Of a DNA stretch of 64,000 nucleotides, positions 25,896-37,533 are shown one piece after another (position 1 is the first letter of the stretch; each line of letters opens with the position of its first letter). The DNA comes from Mobula birostris (taxonomy: Eukaryota): NCBI RefSeq assembly GCF_030028105.1, contig NC_092376.1, forward strand, positions 134,848,230-134,912,229. Direction: 5' to 3'. A program made the translations under genes and the position numbers. The notes below the pieces were generated by a model. That model was given only the letters and a program-made list of their open reading frames with translations, had not been told where the DNA came from and did not search any database.

Positions 25896-27342
25896 TGAGC
25901 ACTGTACTTTAGAAGTGAATTGCCTAATTTGATTTCTGAAGTGATGTATATGCTGTGATTAGGGAGGAAGTCATTGAACAACACAAATGTGACAGTGAAT
26001 ATTTCAAAAGTACACACTGCCAACATGGAACAGCAGTGTGGTACATCTCACAAAAACAGTAAGTGCATGAAATAGTGAAAACATTAAATGATCATAAAAT
26101 TAGAATAAATTGTCTGACATTTTAAAACATTCATTTTGGCACTTCTGTGAATTTTTCATATTAACCAGAGTGCCCTTCAGAATCTCTCTCTTTTATGAAG
26201 GCAAGCGTGAACACAGAGAAAATAAATATCCTTAGACCTACTGACTGGTGAAAGGTAAACAGTGGTATTCACAATTTTTGTATTTCTCATGATGCCCTGC
26301 TGTCTTCCTGCAAACTGCTGAACATACATTTTCTTGCCACTAATTCTAGGTTTCTCGCTCTGATTTGGCCATAGGCTGAAATTGAGCAGCGTCTACATGC
26401 AAATATACATATTAGACCATAAAACATAGGAGCAGAATTTGACCATTCAGCACATCAAGTCTACTCCACTATTTCACCATGGCTGATGTATTATTCCTCT
26501 CAACCCTATTCTGCCTTCTCCCATAACCATTGATGACCTGATTAATCAACAACCTGTCAACCTCAGCTTTAAATATACCCAATGATTTGGTCTCCACATC
26601 TGCCTGTGGCAATGAATTCCACAGATTCATCAGCTCTGGCTAAAGAAATTCCTCCTCATTCCTGTTCTAAATAGACGCGCCTCTATTCTGAGGCTCTGCT
26701 ATCTGGACCTAGATTCTCCCACTATAGCAAGCATCCTCCCCATGTCCACTCTATCTAAGCCTTTCAACATTCAATATTGAGCACTGTACTTCCGAAGTGA
26801 ATTGCCTAATTTGATTTCTGAAGTGATGTATATGCTGTGATTAGGGAGGAAGGCATTGAACAACACAAATGTGACAGTGAATATTTCAAAAGTACACACT
26901 GCCAACTTGGAACAGCAGTGAGGTACATCTCACAAAAACAGCAAATGCATGGAATACTGAAAACATTAAATGATTGTAAAATTACAAAAAATTTGTATGA
27001 CATTTTAAAACATTCATTTTGTTAGTTTTCTGAATTTTTCATATTAACCAGAGTGTCTTTCAGAATCTCTCTCGTTTATGAAGGCAAACACGAACACACA
27101 GAAAATAAATATCCTTGGACCTACTGACTGGTGAAAGATAAACAGTGGTATTCACAACTGATGTATTTCTCATGATGCCCTGCTGTTTTCCTGCAAACTG
27201 CTGAACATACATTTTCTTGCCACTAATTCTAAGTTTCTCGCTCTGATTTGGCCATAGGCTGAAATTGAGTAGAGTCTACATGCAAATATACATATTAGAC
27301 CATAAAACGCAGGAGCAGAATTTGGCCATTCGGCACATCAAG
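25896..27342. repeat. Direct duplication of about 565 bp (25896-26459 and 26778-27342) around a CR1 3' fragment
   Basis: Near-identical unique sequence twice, offset about 882 bp. Confidence 0.95.
25963..26058 (+). pseudogene. Membrane-proximal domain exon remnant
   Basis: SLNNTNVTVNISKVH / HGTAV resembles the RPTP 'T.TV.L.P....NGP.S' segment, with several N-x-S/T sequons. Donor gtaagt at 26059. Duplicated at about 26845-26940, where the donor is lost. Confidence 0.4.
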
Positions 27343-30300
27343 ACGTTTCAGCCATTCCATCATGGCTGATTTATTATTTCTCTCAACCCCATTCTCCTGC
27401 TTTCTCCCATAATCTTTAAAGCCCTGACTAACCAAGAACATATCAACCTTAGCTTTAAATATACCCAATAATATGGCCTCCAAGGCCATCTGTGGCAATT
27501 AATTCCACAGATTCACCACCCTCTGGCTAAAGAAATTCATCCTCATTTCTATTCTAAAAAGGCATCTCTCTATTCTCAGGCTCCCACTACACTCTCCCAC
27601 TATAGGAAACATCCTCTCCACATCCACTCCATCTAAGCCTTTCAATATTTAACAGGTTTCAATGAGATTTGCTTCATTTTCCTAAACTTCAGTGAGTACA
27701 GGTCTGGGCCATCAAACGTTCCTCGTACATTAACTGTTTCATTGCCAGAATAATTTTCGTGAACTTCCTCTGGACCCTCTCCAATGCCAGCACATCTTTT
27801 ATTACATAAGGGGCCCCAAAATGCTCACTATACTCCTTGTGCAGTCTGACTAATGCCTTATAAATCTTTAGCATTGAAACCTGGCTTTTATATTCTAGTC
27901 CTTTTGAAATGAATGCTAATATTACATTTGTATTCCTTACCCCCGACTCAATCTGCAAGTTAACCTTTAGGGAATCTTGCATGAGGAATTCCAAGTCCCT
28001 TTACATCTCTGATTTTGAATTTTCTCTCCTTTTAGAAAATAGTCTACACCGTTATTACTTCTAACAAAGTGCATGATCATACACTTCCCTACACTATATT
28101 CCATCTGCCACTTCCTTGCTCATTTTCCTAATCTGTCTAAGTCATTCTGGAGACTGCCTGCTTCCTCAACATTACCTGCCTCTCCAACTATCTTCGTATC
28201 ATCCACAAGCTTGGCCAAAAAGCCATCAATTATATCTTCCGAATAATTGAAATATAATGTGAAAAGAAAGCAGTCCAGTACTGACCCCTGTGGAACGCTA
28301 TGAGTCACCAGCAGCAAACCAAAAAGGGCCCCATTATTCTGACTCTTTGCCAGGCAGCCAATCTTCTATCCATGCTAGTATCTTTCTTGTGATACCATAG
28401 ACTCTTATCATATGTGGTACGTTCTCAAAGGCCTTCAGAAAATCCAAATGAACAAGATCCACTGACTCTACTTTGTGAATATTGCCTGTTATTTCCCCAA
28501 AGAATTCCAACGGAATTGTCTGGCAAAATTTCCCCTCAAGGAAACAATACTGACTTTGTCCTTTTTCATCATGTGCCTCCAAGTACCCAAAGCCTCAATC
28601 TCAATAATGGACTCCAACATCTTGCCAACCACTGAAGCCAGGCCCATAATTTCCTGCCTTTTACTTCCCTCCCTTCTTAAAGTGTGAAGTGACATTTGCA
28701 ATTTTCAAGTTCTCCGGAACCATTCAAGAATCTAGTGATTCTAGAAAGATCACTAGTAGTGCCTCCACAATCTTATCAACTACCTCTTTCAGAACCCTGG
28801 GGTGCAATCTATCTTGCCCATCTGACTTAACTACCTTCAGAACTTGCAGGTTCCCAAGCAACTACATTCACTTCTGCCCCTGACATGCATGAATTTCAGG
28901 CATTCTGCTAGTATTCCACAGTAAAGACTGATGCGAAATACTTATTAGACTCTTCTGTTATTTCTTTGTTTCCCATTACTACCTCTCTAGCATCATTTTC
29001 CAATGGTCCAATACCCATTCTTGCTTCTCTTTTACTCTTTAAATATCTGAAAAAAACCTTTTGTATCCTCTTTTATATTATTGGCTTCATGCTTCATCTT
29101 TTCTCTCCTTATAGTTTTTTAGTTGCCTTCTGTTGGTTTTTAAAAGCTTTCCAATTCTAAAACTTTTTGTGATATTATGTGCCCTCTTTTTTTGCTTTAT
29201 GCTGTCTTTGAGTTCCCTTGTCAGCCACAGTTGCATCATTTGTCCTTTAGAATACCTTTTTCTTTGGTATGTATCTATCCTGCACTTTCTATATTGTTCC
29301 CAGAAATTCTTGCCATTGTTGTTCTGCCATCATCCCTGCTAGTGTCCCCTTCCAATCAACTTTGGATAGCTCCTCTCTCATGCCTCTGTAATTTCCTTTA
29401 TTCCACTGAAATACTAATACATCTGACTTTATCTTCTCCCTCTTCGACTGCAAGGTGAATTTTGATTCCTGCCTCTTAAGGGTTCCTTTACCTTATGTTC
29501 ATTCCCTAACCAGATCTGGTTCATTACACAACACCCAAACCAGAACTGTCTTCTCCCTAGTGGGCTCAAACACAAGCTGCTCTGAAAAGTCATTTTGTAG
29601 GTACACTACAAATTTCCTCTCTTGAGATCCAGCTCCCAAGTGCATGAACAGCGGCAAGTCAGAGATCGGGAGCAAGAGAAGCAGTGACTCACTCAAATCA
29701 GTGAGTGTGATTAAAAAACAGTGTTTTGTCTGAGTTTCAGTGTCTGAACAGTGGCCCAGTCAGAGATTGAGATCCATTAGTAAGTGTAAATTAAAGTAAG
29801 GCCAATGCAATGAAGCGGACTTTGTTGGAGTGAACAGTGTTAGAGTGGGCATTTTGAGGCTTCATCGTTGAGAAGCGTGAGTGAGAGAAGGTGAAAAGCT
29901 GTAGGCAGATTTTTTTCTGTGTATTTATTATTTCTTTCTTTATAATTGCACAGTTAGGCCAGTAGAGTTGCCAGGCAGGATAGTTGAATGCTCCTCTTGC
30001 AGGATGTTGGAAGGCAGGGAGACCTCCAGTGACAATAACAACTTCACCTGCAGGAAGAGTATCCAGCTGCAGCTTCTAACACTCTACGTTAAGAAGTTGG
30101 AGCTGGAAGTGGATGAACTCTGAATCATTCAAAAGGCTGGGGGCAGGGGGCAATGATAGACAGGACATACAGAGAGATAATTACACCCAAGGTGCAGGAC
30201 ACAGGAAACTGGGTGTCAGTCAGGAGGGTGAAGGGAGTTAAACAACGAGTGTAGAGTACCCCTGTGGTCATCCCCCTCAACAACAGGCATACCACTTTGG

Positions 30301-31971
30301 ATACTGTTGGGGAGAAAAAGTCCCAGTGGTCAAGAGTCTGGCACTGTGTCTGGCTCTGTGGCTCAGAAGGGAAGGGGGAGAAGAGGTAAGCTGTGATGAT
30401 AGGGGATGAGGTTCTGTGGACGTGTATGAGATTCCCAGATGGCATGTTGCCTCCCAGGCGCCAGGGTCTGGGACATCTGTGTTTGAATCGTCAGCATTCC
30501 TAAGTTGGAAGCTGAGCAGCCAGAGGTTGTAGTTGAGTTGCTACAAATGATGTAGGTAGGAAGAGGGACGAGGTTCTGCAAAGTGAGTTCAGGGAGTTAG
30601 GTGTGAAGTTAAAGGACAGGACCTCCAGGGTTGTGATCTCAGGGTTGCTATGATGCCACATGTTAGTGATAAGATTAGGAAGATAATAGAGTTTAACATG
30701 CAGCTAAGGAGTTGGTGTAAGAGGGAGGGCTTCAGATTTTTGGATCATGAGGGCTTCAGATTTTTGGATCATAGAGCTCTCTTCTAGGGAATGTGGGAAT
30801 GGTACAGAAGAGACAGTTTGCTCCTAAATTGGAAGGGGACTAATATCCTAGCGAGAAAGTTTATTTGTACTGCTTGGGAAGGTGGGGGGGGCATAGTTTA
30901 AACTAGAGTTGAAGGGAGATGGGAACTAGAGACCCAGAATAGATAGCAGAATGGTTTTGGAGACAGATGTTGTTGAGACACCAGACAAAATCGGGAAGCA
31001 AAAAGTTCAGCATGGTGAGTCTAATGTTTTGAGTTGCATATATTACAATGCAAGAAGTAATTCAGGAAAGGCATAATAGCTCAGGGTATAGATCAACACA
31101 TGGAATTATAATATTGTAGTCATTAGGGAGACTTGCTTGCAGGAGGGACAAGACTGGCAGCCCGATATTCCAGGGTTCCGTTATTTTAGACACGACAGAG
31201 CAGGATGGGTGCCATTTCTCGTCAGGGAATATGTTGTGACACTGCTTCATCAGGATGCACTTGTCTAGTGAGGCGTTATGAGTGGAAGTGAGGAATAAGA
31301 AAGGTATGACTACGTTAATGGGTGCTATATTATAGACCACCCAACAGTATGTGGGATTTAGAGGAAGAACTTTTTAGATAGATTGCAGACTAATGCAAGA
31401 AACTTAAGGATGTTATAGCAGGTGATCTTAACTCACCAAAAATTGACTGGAACTCCCATTCTATAAAAGGACTAAAAGGGGTAGAGTTTGTCAAACGTGT
31501 TCAGGTAAGTTTCCTTAATCAGTACATAGAGGTCCCAATGAGAGAGCATGCAACATTAAATCTCCAATTGATGAATGAGAATAGAGCAGGTGACAGAAGT
31601 GTCTGGAGAGGAACATTTTGCATCTAGTGATCATATGCCATTAGTTTCAAGGTAATTATGGAAAATGATAGATCTGGTCCCCAGTATGAGATTCTAAATT
31701 GGAGAAAGGCCAATTTTGATGATATCAGAAAGGATCTGGCAAGTGTGGACTGGGACCCATGGTTTTCTGACAAAAGTGTACTTGGTAAGTGTGAGACCTT
31801 CAAAAGTGAAATTTTGAGAGTACGGCGCATGTATATGCCTGTCAGTATAAAAGGCAAGGATAACAGGTGTAGGGAACCTTGGTTTTTGAGAGATATTGAG
31901 GCCTTGGCTAAGAAAAAGAAGAAACTACATAGCAGGTACAGGCAGGTAGGAACAAATGAGGTACTTGAGGT

Positions 31972-32735
31972 GTATACCAGAAGACCAAGGAGATCATTGT
32001 GGACTTCAGGCACGCTAGGAGCCACACTCACGTCCCCATCTACATCAACAGAACTGTAGTGGAACATGTATCAAGATTCAGTTTCCTTGGTGTCCACATT
32101 TCTGAAGATCTCACCTGGTCCCTGAACTCTTCCATCCTGATCAAAAAGGCGCAACAACACCTTTATTTCCTGCGGAGCATTAAGAAAGCTCACCTCCGTC
32201 TCAGGATACTGACGGACTTTTACCGCTGTACCATTGAGAGCATATTCACCAACTGCATCTCAGTGTGGTATGGCAATTGTCCCATATCAGACCACAAAGC
32301 GTGTGGTGAAAACTGCCCAACGGATTATCGGAACCCAAATGCCCACCATTGAGAACATCTACCATAAGTGCTGCCTGGGCAGGGCTAAAATCGTTATCAA
32401 GGATGCATCTCACCCTAACCATGGACTTTTTACTCTCCCCCCATCCAGTAGGTGCTACAGGAGCCTCTGCTCCCGCACCAGCAGGCACAGGAACAGCCTC
32501 TTCCCTGAGGCTGTGACCCTGCTGAACCTCACATCGCAGCACTAAGCAGTATTGCACCCATATTGTACTGTCTCAGTACTTCTATATTTGTGTGCTGTAG
32601 CACTTACTTTATATTCACAGTTATTTTGTAAATGACACTATTCTTTGCATTTCTGGTTAGATGCTAACTGCATTCCATTGGCTTTGTATCTGTACTTGGC
32701 ACAATGGCAATAAAGTTGAATCTAATCTAATCTAA
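31972..32735 (+). mobile_element. Rex1/Babar LINE 3' fragment nested in CR1
   Basis: FSFLGVHISEDLTWS...KKAQQHLYFLR...FYRCTIESI. Tail gaatctaatctaatct. Confidence 0.9.
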
Positions 32736-34011
32736 TAAGAAATACAAGAAAACACTTAAGGAAGAAAGCAGGAGGACTAAAAGAAGGCATGAATTTGCCG
32801 TATCAGACAAGGTGAAAGAGGATCCTAAGGGGATCTAGAGCTATGTTAAGAGCATATGGACTGCAAGGGACAAAATCAGTCCTCTGGAAGATCAGAGGGG
32901 TGTTCTATGTGTGGAACCAAAAGAGATGGAGGAGATCTTAAATGGATATTTTCATATCTCTACTTACTTGGGTGATGGACACATAGTCTAGAGATGTGAG
33001 GCGAAGCAGCAGTGAGGTCATGGACCCTATACAGATTACAGAGAAGAGATGTTTTCTGCCTGGAGACAAAACAGGGTGGACAAATCCCTAGGGCCTTACA
33101 AGGTATTCTCTCAGACTCCATGGCAGGCAAGTGCAGAAATTGCAGAGGCTCTAGCAGAGATATGTAAATCATCCTTAGTTACAGGTGAGGTACCAGATGA
33201 TTGGAGGTTTGCTAAAGTTGTTCCATTGTTTAAGGAAAGTTCTAAGAACAAACTATGAAATTAATAGGCCAGTGAGCCTGACATCAATAATTCAGGAAAG
33301 TTATTTGTACGTGGTAGGTCATGTCCAGCCAGTCTTAAGAGTTTTCTTTTAGGAAAGTTGATGAAGGCAAGGCAGTGGATGTTGTTTACATGAACTTTAG
33401 CATGGTCTATGACAAAGTCCCACATGGGAGGTAAGTCAAGAAGGTTCAAGCACTTGGCTTTCAAGATGAGACATTGACTTTGAGGGAGAAATCAGACAGT
33501 GGTAGTAGATGGTCGCCTCTCTGACTGGAGGCTTGTGACTAGTGGAGTGCTGCAGGGACTGGTGCTGATCCGTTGCTGTTTGTCATCTATATCGAAGTAT
33601 TCAGTACAGAAAGTGGGATGTTATGTTGAAGTTGTAGAAGACATTAGTGAGGCCTAATTTAGAGTATTGTGTGCTGTTTTAGTCACCTACCTACAGGAAA
33701 GATGTAAATAATATTGAAATAGTAGAGAGAAAATTTACAAGAATATTGCTGGGCTGGAGGACTTGAGTTATAAGGAAAGATTGAATAGATTAGAACTTTA
33801 TTTCCTAAAATGTAGAAATTAAGAGGAGATTTGATAGATGTATACACAATTATGAGGGGTATAGATAGGGTAAATGCAAGCAGACTTTTTCCACTGTGCT
33901 TCATGCCCTTTGTTTCTTTGGAATTCGACATTCTGAATCAATAATTTCATCAATAAACAACACTTGATTGGGTGAGACTGCATCTAGAGGCCATGGGTTA
34001 AAGGTGAACAA

Positions 34012-34917
34012 CAACGTTCTCTCTAAGGAGTACATGTGTACACATCCTTTGCTGCTAGTGCATTATGGAAGTTAAACTGTACACAAAAGGTTGTCACCCT
34101 CTACTTTATTGGCATGTTAAATATATTTTACTATCGTACACAATCACATTTCCTTTTTAAGTTTCTGACGCGGATGGTATTGACAATGTGGAGTTTGTGA
34201 TGATTTCTCTGAAGATTTTAGAACTGGCTTATATATAGTGTTTTTTATCGAAGAAATTATTGATTCGCTATGTCAAATTCCAAAGAAACAAAGGGAATGA
34301 AGCACAAAAGAACTGCTAGTTCACTTAAATCAGAATGGCTTAATTAAACAATAGAAGCTGCTACACCAAAACCTCATGAGATCAGGAACTTAAAGCTACG
34401 AGAAATACTTGTGTACAATATAGAAACTGGTGTTACTTGTGTATATTGTCACAATGCAAAAGTTGCTGGAGAATTTGCAAGTTGGAAGAAGTGGAGTGAT
34501 ATTTACAAACTTGACTTTTTAAAGGGTCTCGGCCTGAAACATCGACTGTACCTCTTTCTAGAGATGCTGCCTGGCCTGCTGTGTTCACCAGCAACTTTGA
34601 TGTGTGTTGCTTGACTTTTTAAAGCATCATTTAGCAAGTAAATATCATATAGACAGTGTGCAAAAGCTCTGCCAAGAAAATTCTTCATTACTTGCTACAG
34701 GCCTGTTACATATGTTTTGTTAGAGTGCAGATGAACAAAGTGAAAACAATTAAACCCAGAGGAGATCAAAGTTCTTATTGACAGTGTTTTGCTGGCTGCT
34801 AAAATGAATACCTCTATATATAAAGTTCAATGTGTACATGTTGTTGTCACTGGACAAAACATTGCACAGCACAAGATTTTTGTGCACAGTGGTCATTACA
34901 AATTAGAGAGAACATTG
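34012..34917 (+). mobile_element. Non-autonomous hAT-family DNA transposon (ZNF862/TTF-finger type transposase N-terminus)
   Basis: TIRs caacgttctctctaa / ttagagagaacattg. Internal MSNSKETKGMKHKR...CVYCHNAKVAGEFASWKKWSDIYKLDFLK[insert]HHLASKYH. Flanks gtgaacaa / gtgagtgg could be a decayed 8-bp TSD. Confidence 0.7.
34525..34614 (+). mobile_element. Short PLE-derived insertion in the hAT element
   Basis: Perfect 15-bp TSD cttgactttttaaag (34510-34524, 34610-34624). Begins inside the hammerhead motif. Confidence 0.85.
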
Positions 34918-37522
34918 GTGAGTGGTGAACTGTTTAAGGAGAACACAGGGGAAATTTCTTCACTCAGGGGGTCATGAGAGTTGGAACAAGCTGCCAGTAC
35001 AAGTGGTGGATACAAAATGAATTTCAACATTTAAGGGACATTTGGATAGCTACATGGATGGGAGTGTTATGGAGGGCTATGGTCCTGGTGCAGATCAATG
35101 AGACTAGACAGTTTAATGGCTCAGAATGCATATGCTGTAGTTTTCCGTGACTCTATGACTCTGTGACCAACCCTATATTTCCAATCTACCTGCATAGTCA
35201 AATCCCCCATGCACTTTCTATCTCCCATTGTAATTTGTATCCCGCATTCTGGCTACTGTTTAGAAGTTTGTATATAACTCCCATCAGTGTCGTTTTACCT
35301 TTGCAGTTTCTTAATTCTACTTACAAGGATTCTACATCTTCTGATCCTACATTACCTCTTTCTAAGGATTTGATTTCAACTTTACCAGCATAGCCACCCC
35401 ACCCACTCTGCCAACCTGCCTGTCCTTTCAATAAAATATGTATCCTTTACACATTATATGGGATGTTATGCTCTCAGTTATGATACTGTTTCAGCCATGA
35501 CTCAGTGCTGCCCATAAAGTCATACTTGCTAAACTCTAAATGCACTACAGTATACAGTTCTGTATACTGCATACATTCAAATATTACACATTCATTCTTG
35601 TATTCATCATGCTTTTCAAATTTTCCCCCATGTTACACTTCAACTCATCCCACTGACTGAAATTTTGCCCTATCATCTGCTAGCCTTTCTCCATGGTCTC
35701 TTTACACACCACATCTATTTCTATACCAGCAGCCTCCTCCTCAGCCCTATCATTCTGGTTCCCATCCCCCTGCCAAATTAGTTTAAACCCTCTCTAACAG
35801 CTTGAGAAAACCTGCCTAGAAGGATTTTAGTCCCCCTAAAGTTCAGATACATCCTGTACTTATTGCACAGGTCATACCTTCCCCACATTAGATCCCAATG
35901 ATCCAAAAGTCTGAAACTCTGACTGAAAAACTAATTCCTCAACCACACATTCATCTACTAAATTATCCTGTCCTTACCTTCACTGGTGCATGGCACAGGC
36001 AGCAATCCAGAGAGTACTGCCCTTGAGATTTTACCTAATAACTTATATTCTTTCTTCAGGACCTCCTCCCTTTTCCTAGCCATGTTACTGATACCATGAC
36101 ATCCAGCTATTCCCCCTCCACATTCAGAATGCCGTGGACCTGATCTGTGACATTCCTGACTCTGGCACCTGGGAGGCAAAATTCCACCTGCATGTCTTTG
36201 ACACATCCTCAAAATCTCCTGTCACCTCCTCTAACTATGGAATCCCCATTCACTACTACACTCCTCTCCTCCCCACTTTCTTTCTGAGCTATAGCCAAAC
36301 TCAGTGCAAGAGACCCAGTAGGTATCCCCCCTCAACAGTATTGAATGTGGTATATTTATTACTGGCCACAGGCGTACTCTGCACTGGATGCCTGTTCCCT
36401 TACCCTCTCCTGACAGTCACCCATGTAGTTGCTTCCTGCAACGTACAGGTGAATGCCTCCCTGTGTCTTATATCTATCATATCCTTGTTCTCCTGTATGA
36501 ACTGAAGGTCAGCGAGCTGCAACTCCAGTTCCTTAACATAGTCTCAAAGGAGCTGCAAGTCGATGCTCTTCATGTAGATGTAGTTATCAGGGAGACTGGA
36601 GGTCTCCCAGAGTTCCCACACAAAGAACATACCACTAACCCTGGATCCATTCTCACTGCACTAATTATGTACTGTCACATACCCCGTGATGGGTTAAAGA
36701 TCCAGCAGAAATGGAAAACACTTTTGAGTCCAGTATTGCAATTAACTAATGGTATTTATTAGTAACTACGGAATACAGTAATATAAATGCAGATATATCA
36801 AACAGGTTAGCAATGATTATATATAAGTGAGTGTGGAAATATATGAAAACCAAGTGTAACCCCCCTGGCCAGCCTCAAGGTTGCTCGGGTCGCTGTCGTC
36901 TAGGGAAATAGCCTCGGCCCCGCCAAACTGGGTAATAGTTTGTGTGGATGCTGTGTGATGTACCCCACCCCGCCCAAATAACAGACAATACACCAGATAC
37001 AATTAAATGATTTACAGTTTATAGATATTAATGGAACTATATCATCAATAGAGAATAAAATATACAAGGAAAATAAAAGGCGGCACACTTATCAAAGTTC
37101 AATCTCTTCGTGCACAAGCTGTTGGAGCTCAGGACCCGTCTTCTTCACCCTGCGACCCCTCGGACCACATCAACCGGCCACCTGGGACCAACAACGGTGG
37201 TCGACCAGACGCTTCACCCGAGTCCGTCTCCATCTCCTCGCCGAACACCCTCCTTGGGGTCCGACCCCGTTAGCAGACATCACAGCACCTGGTCCATCCT
37301 CTGTCTCTCTCTCTCCCGCTTTCTCCCTCCAAAACCCCACACATACAAATCTTCCAGATACACCGCAAGCAGAACAACTATCCCAATTGGTTCGTAACAT
37401 CTTCTTATCACCGCCTAACCCAAACAAGCTGCTAGTGCTAAAACTTTCTCAGCGTTTAACATAACAAAGAAGCTATTTTAATTAGCCTACGCAGTATCAT
37501 AAGAGACAAAACTCCCCCACCA

Positions 37523-37533
37523 CTCTCCCCCCC
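37523..37533 (-). promoter_or_regulatory. Polypurine tract
   Basis: Minus strand gggggggagag immediately before the 3' LTR. Confidence 0.75.

Larger units (their letters stand above)
29641..35163 (+). mobile_element. Near full-length CR1 LINE inserted in the minus-strand CR1
   Basis: ORF1 ECSSCRM...FTCRK zinc motif and esterase remnants, EN/RT remnants, tail tgactctatgactct. Confidence 0.85.

Noticed and set aside
30725-30772. 24-bp tandem duplication gagggcttcagatttttggatcat
   Set aside because: Ordinary slippage within a dead CR1 ORF1.
37110-37427. ORFs here and at 40541-40924 that resemble each other
   Set aside because: They lie in the two LTRs; similarity reflects LTR duplication, not paralogous genes.
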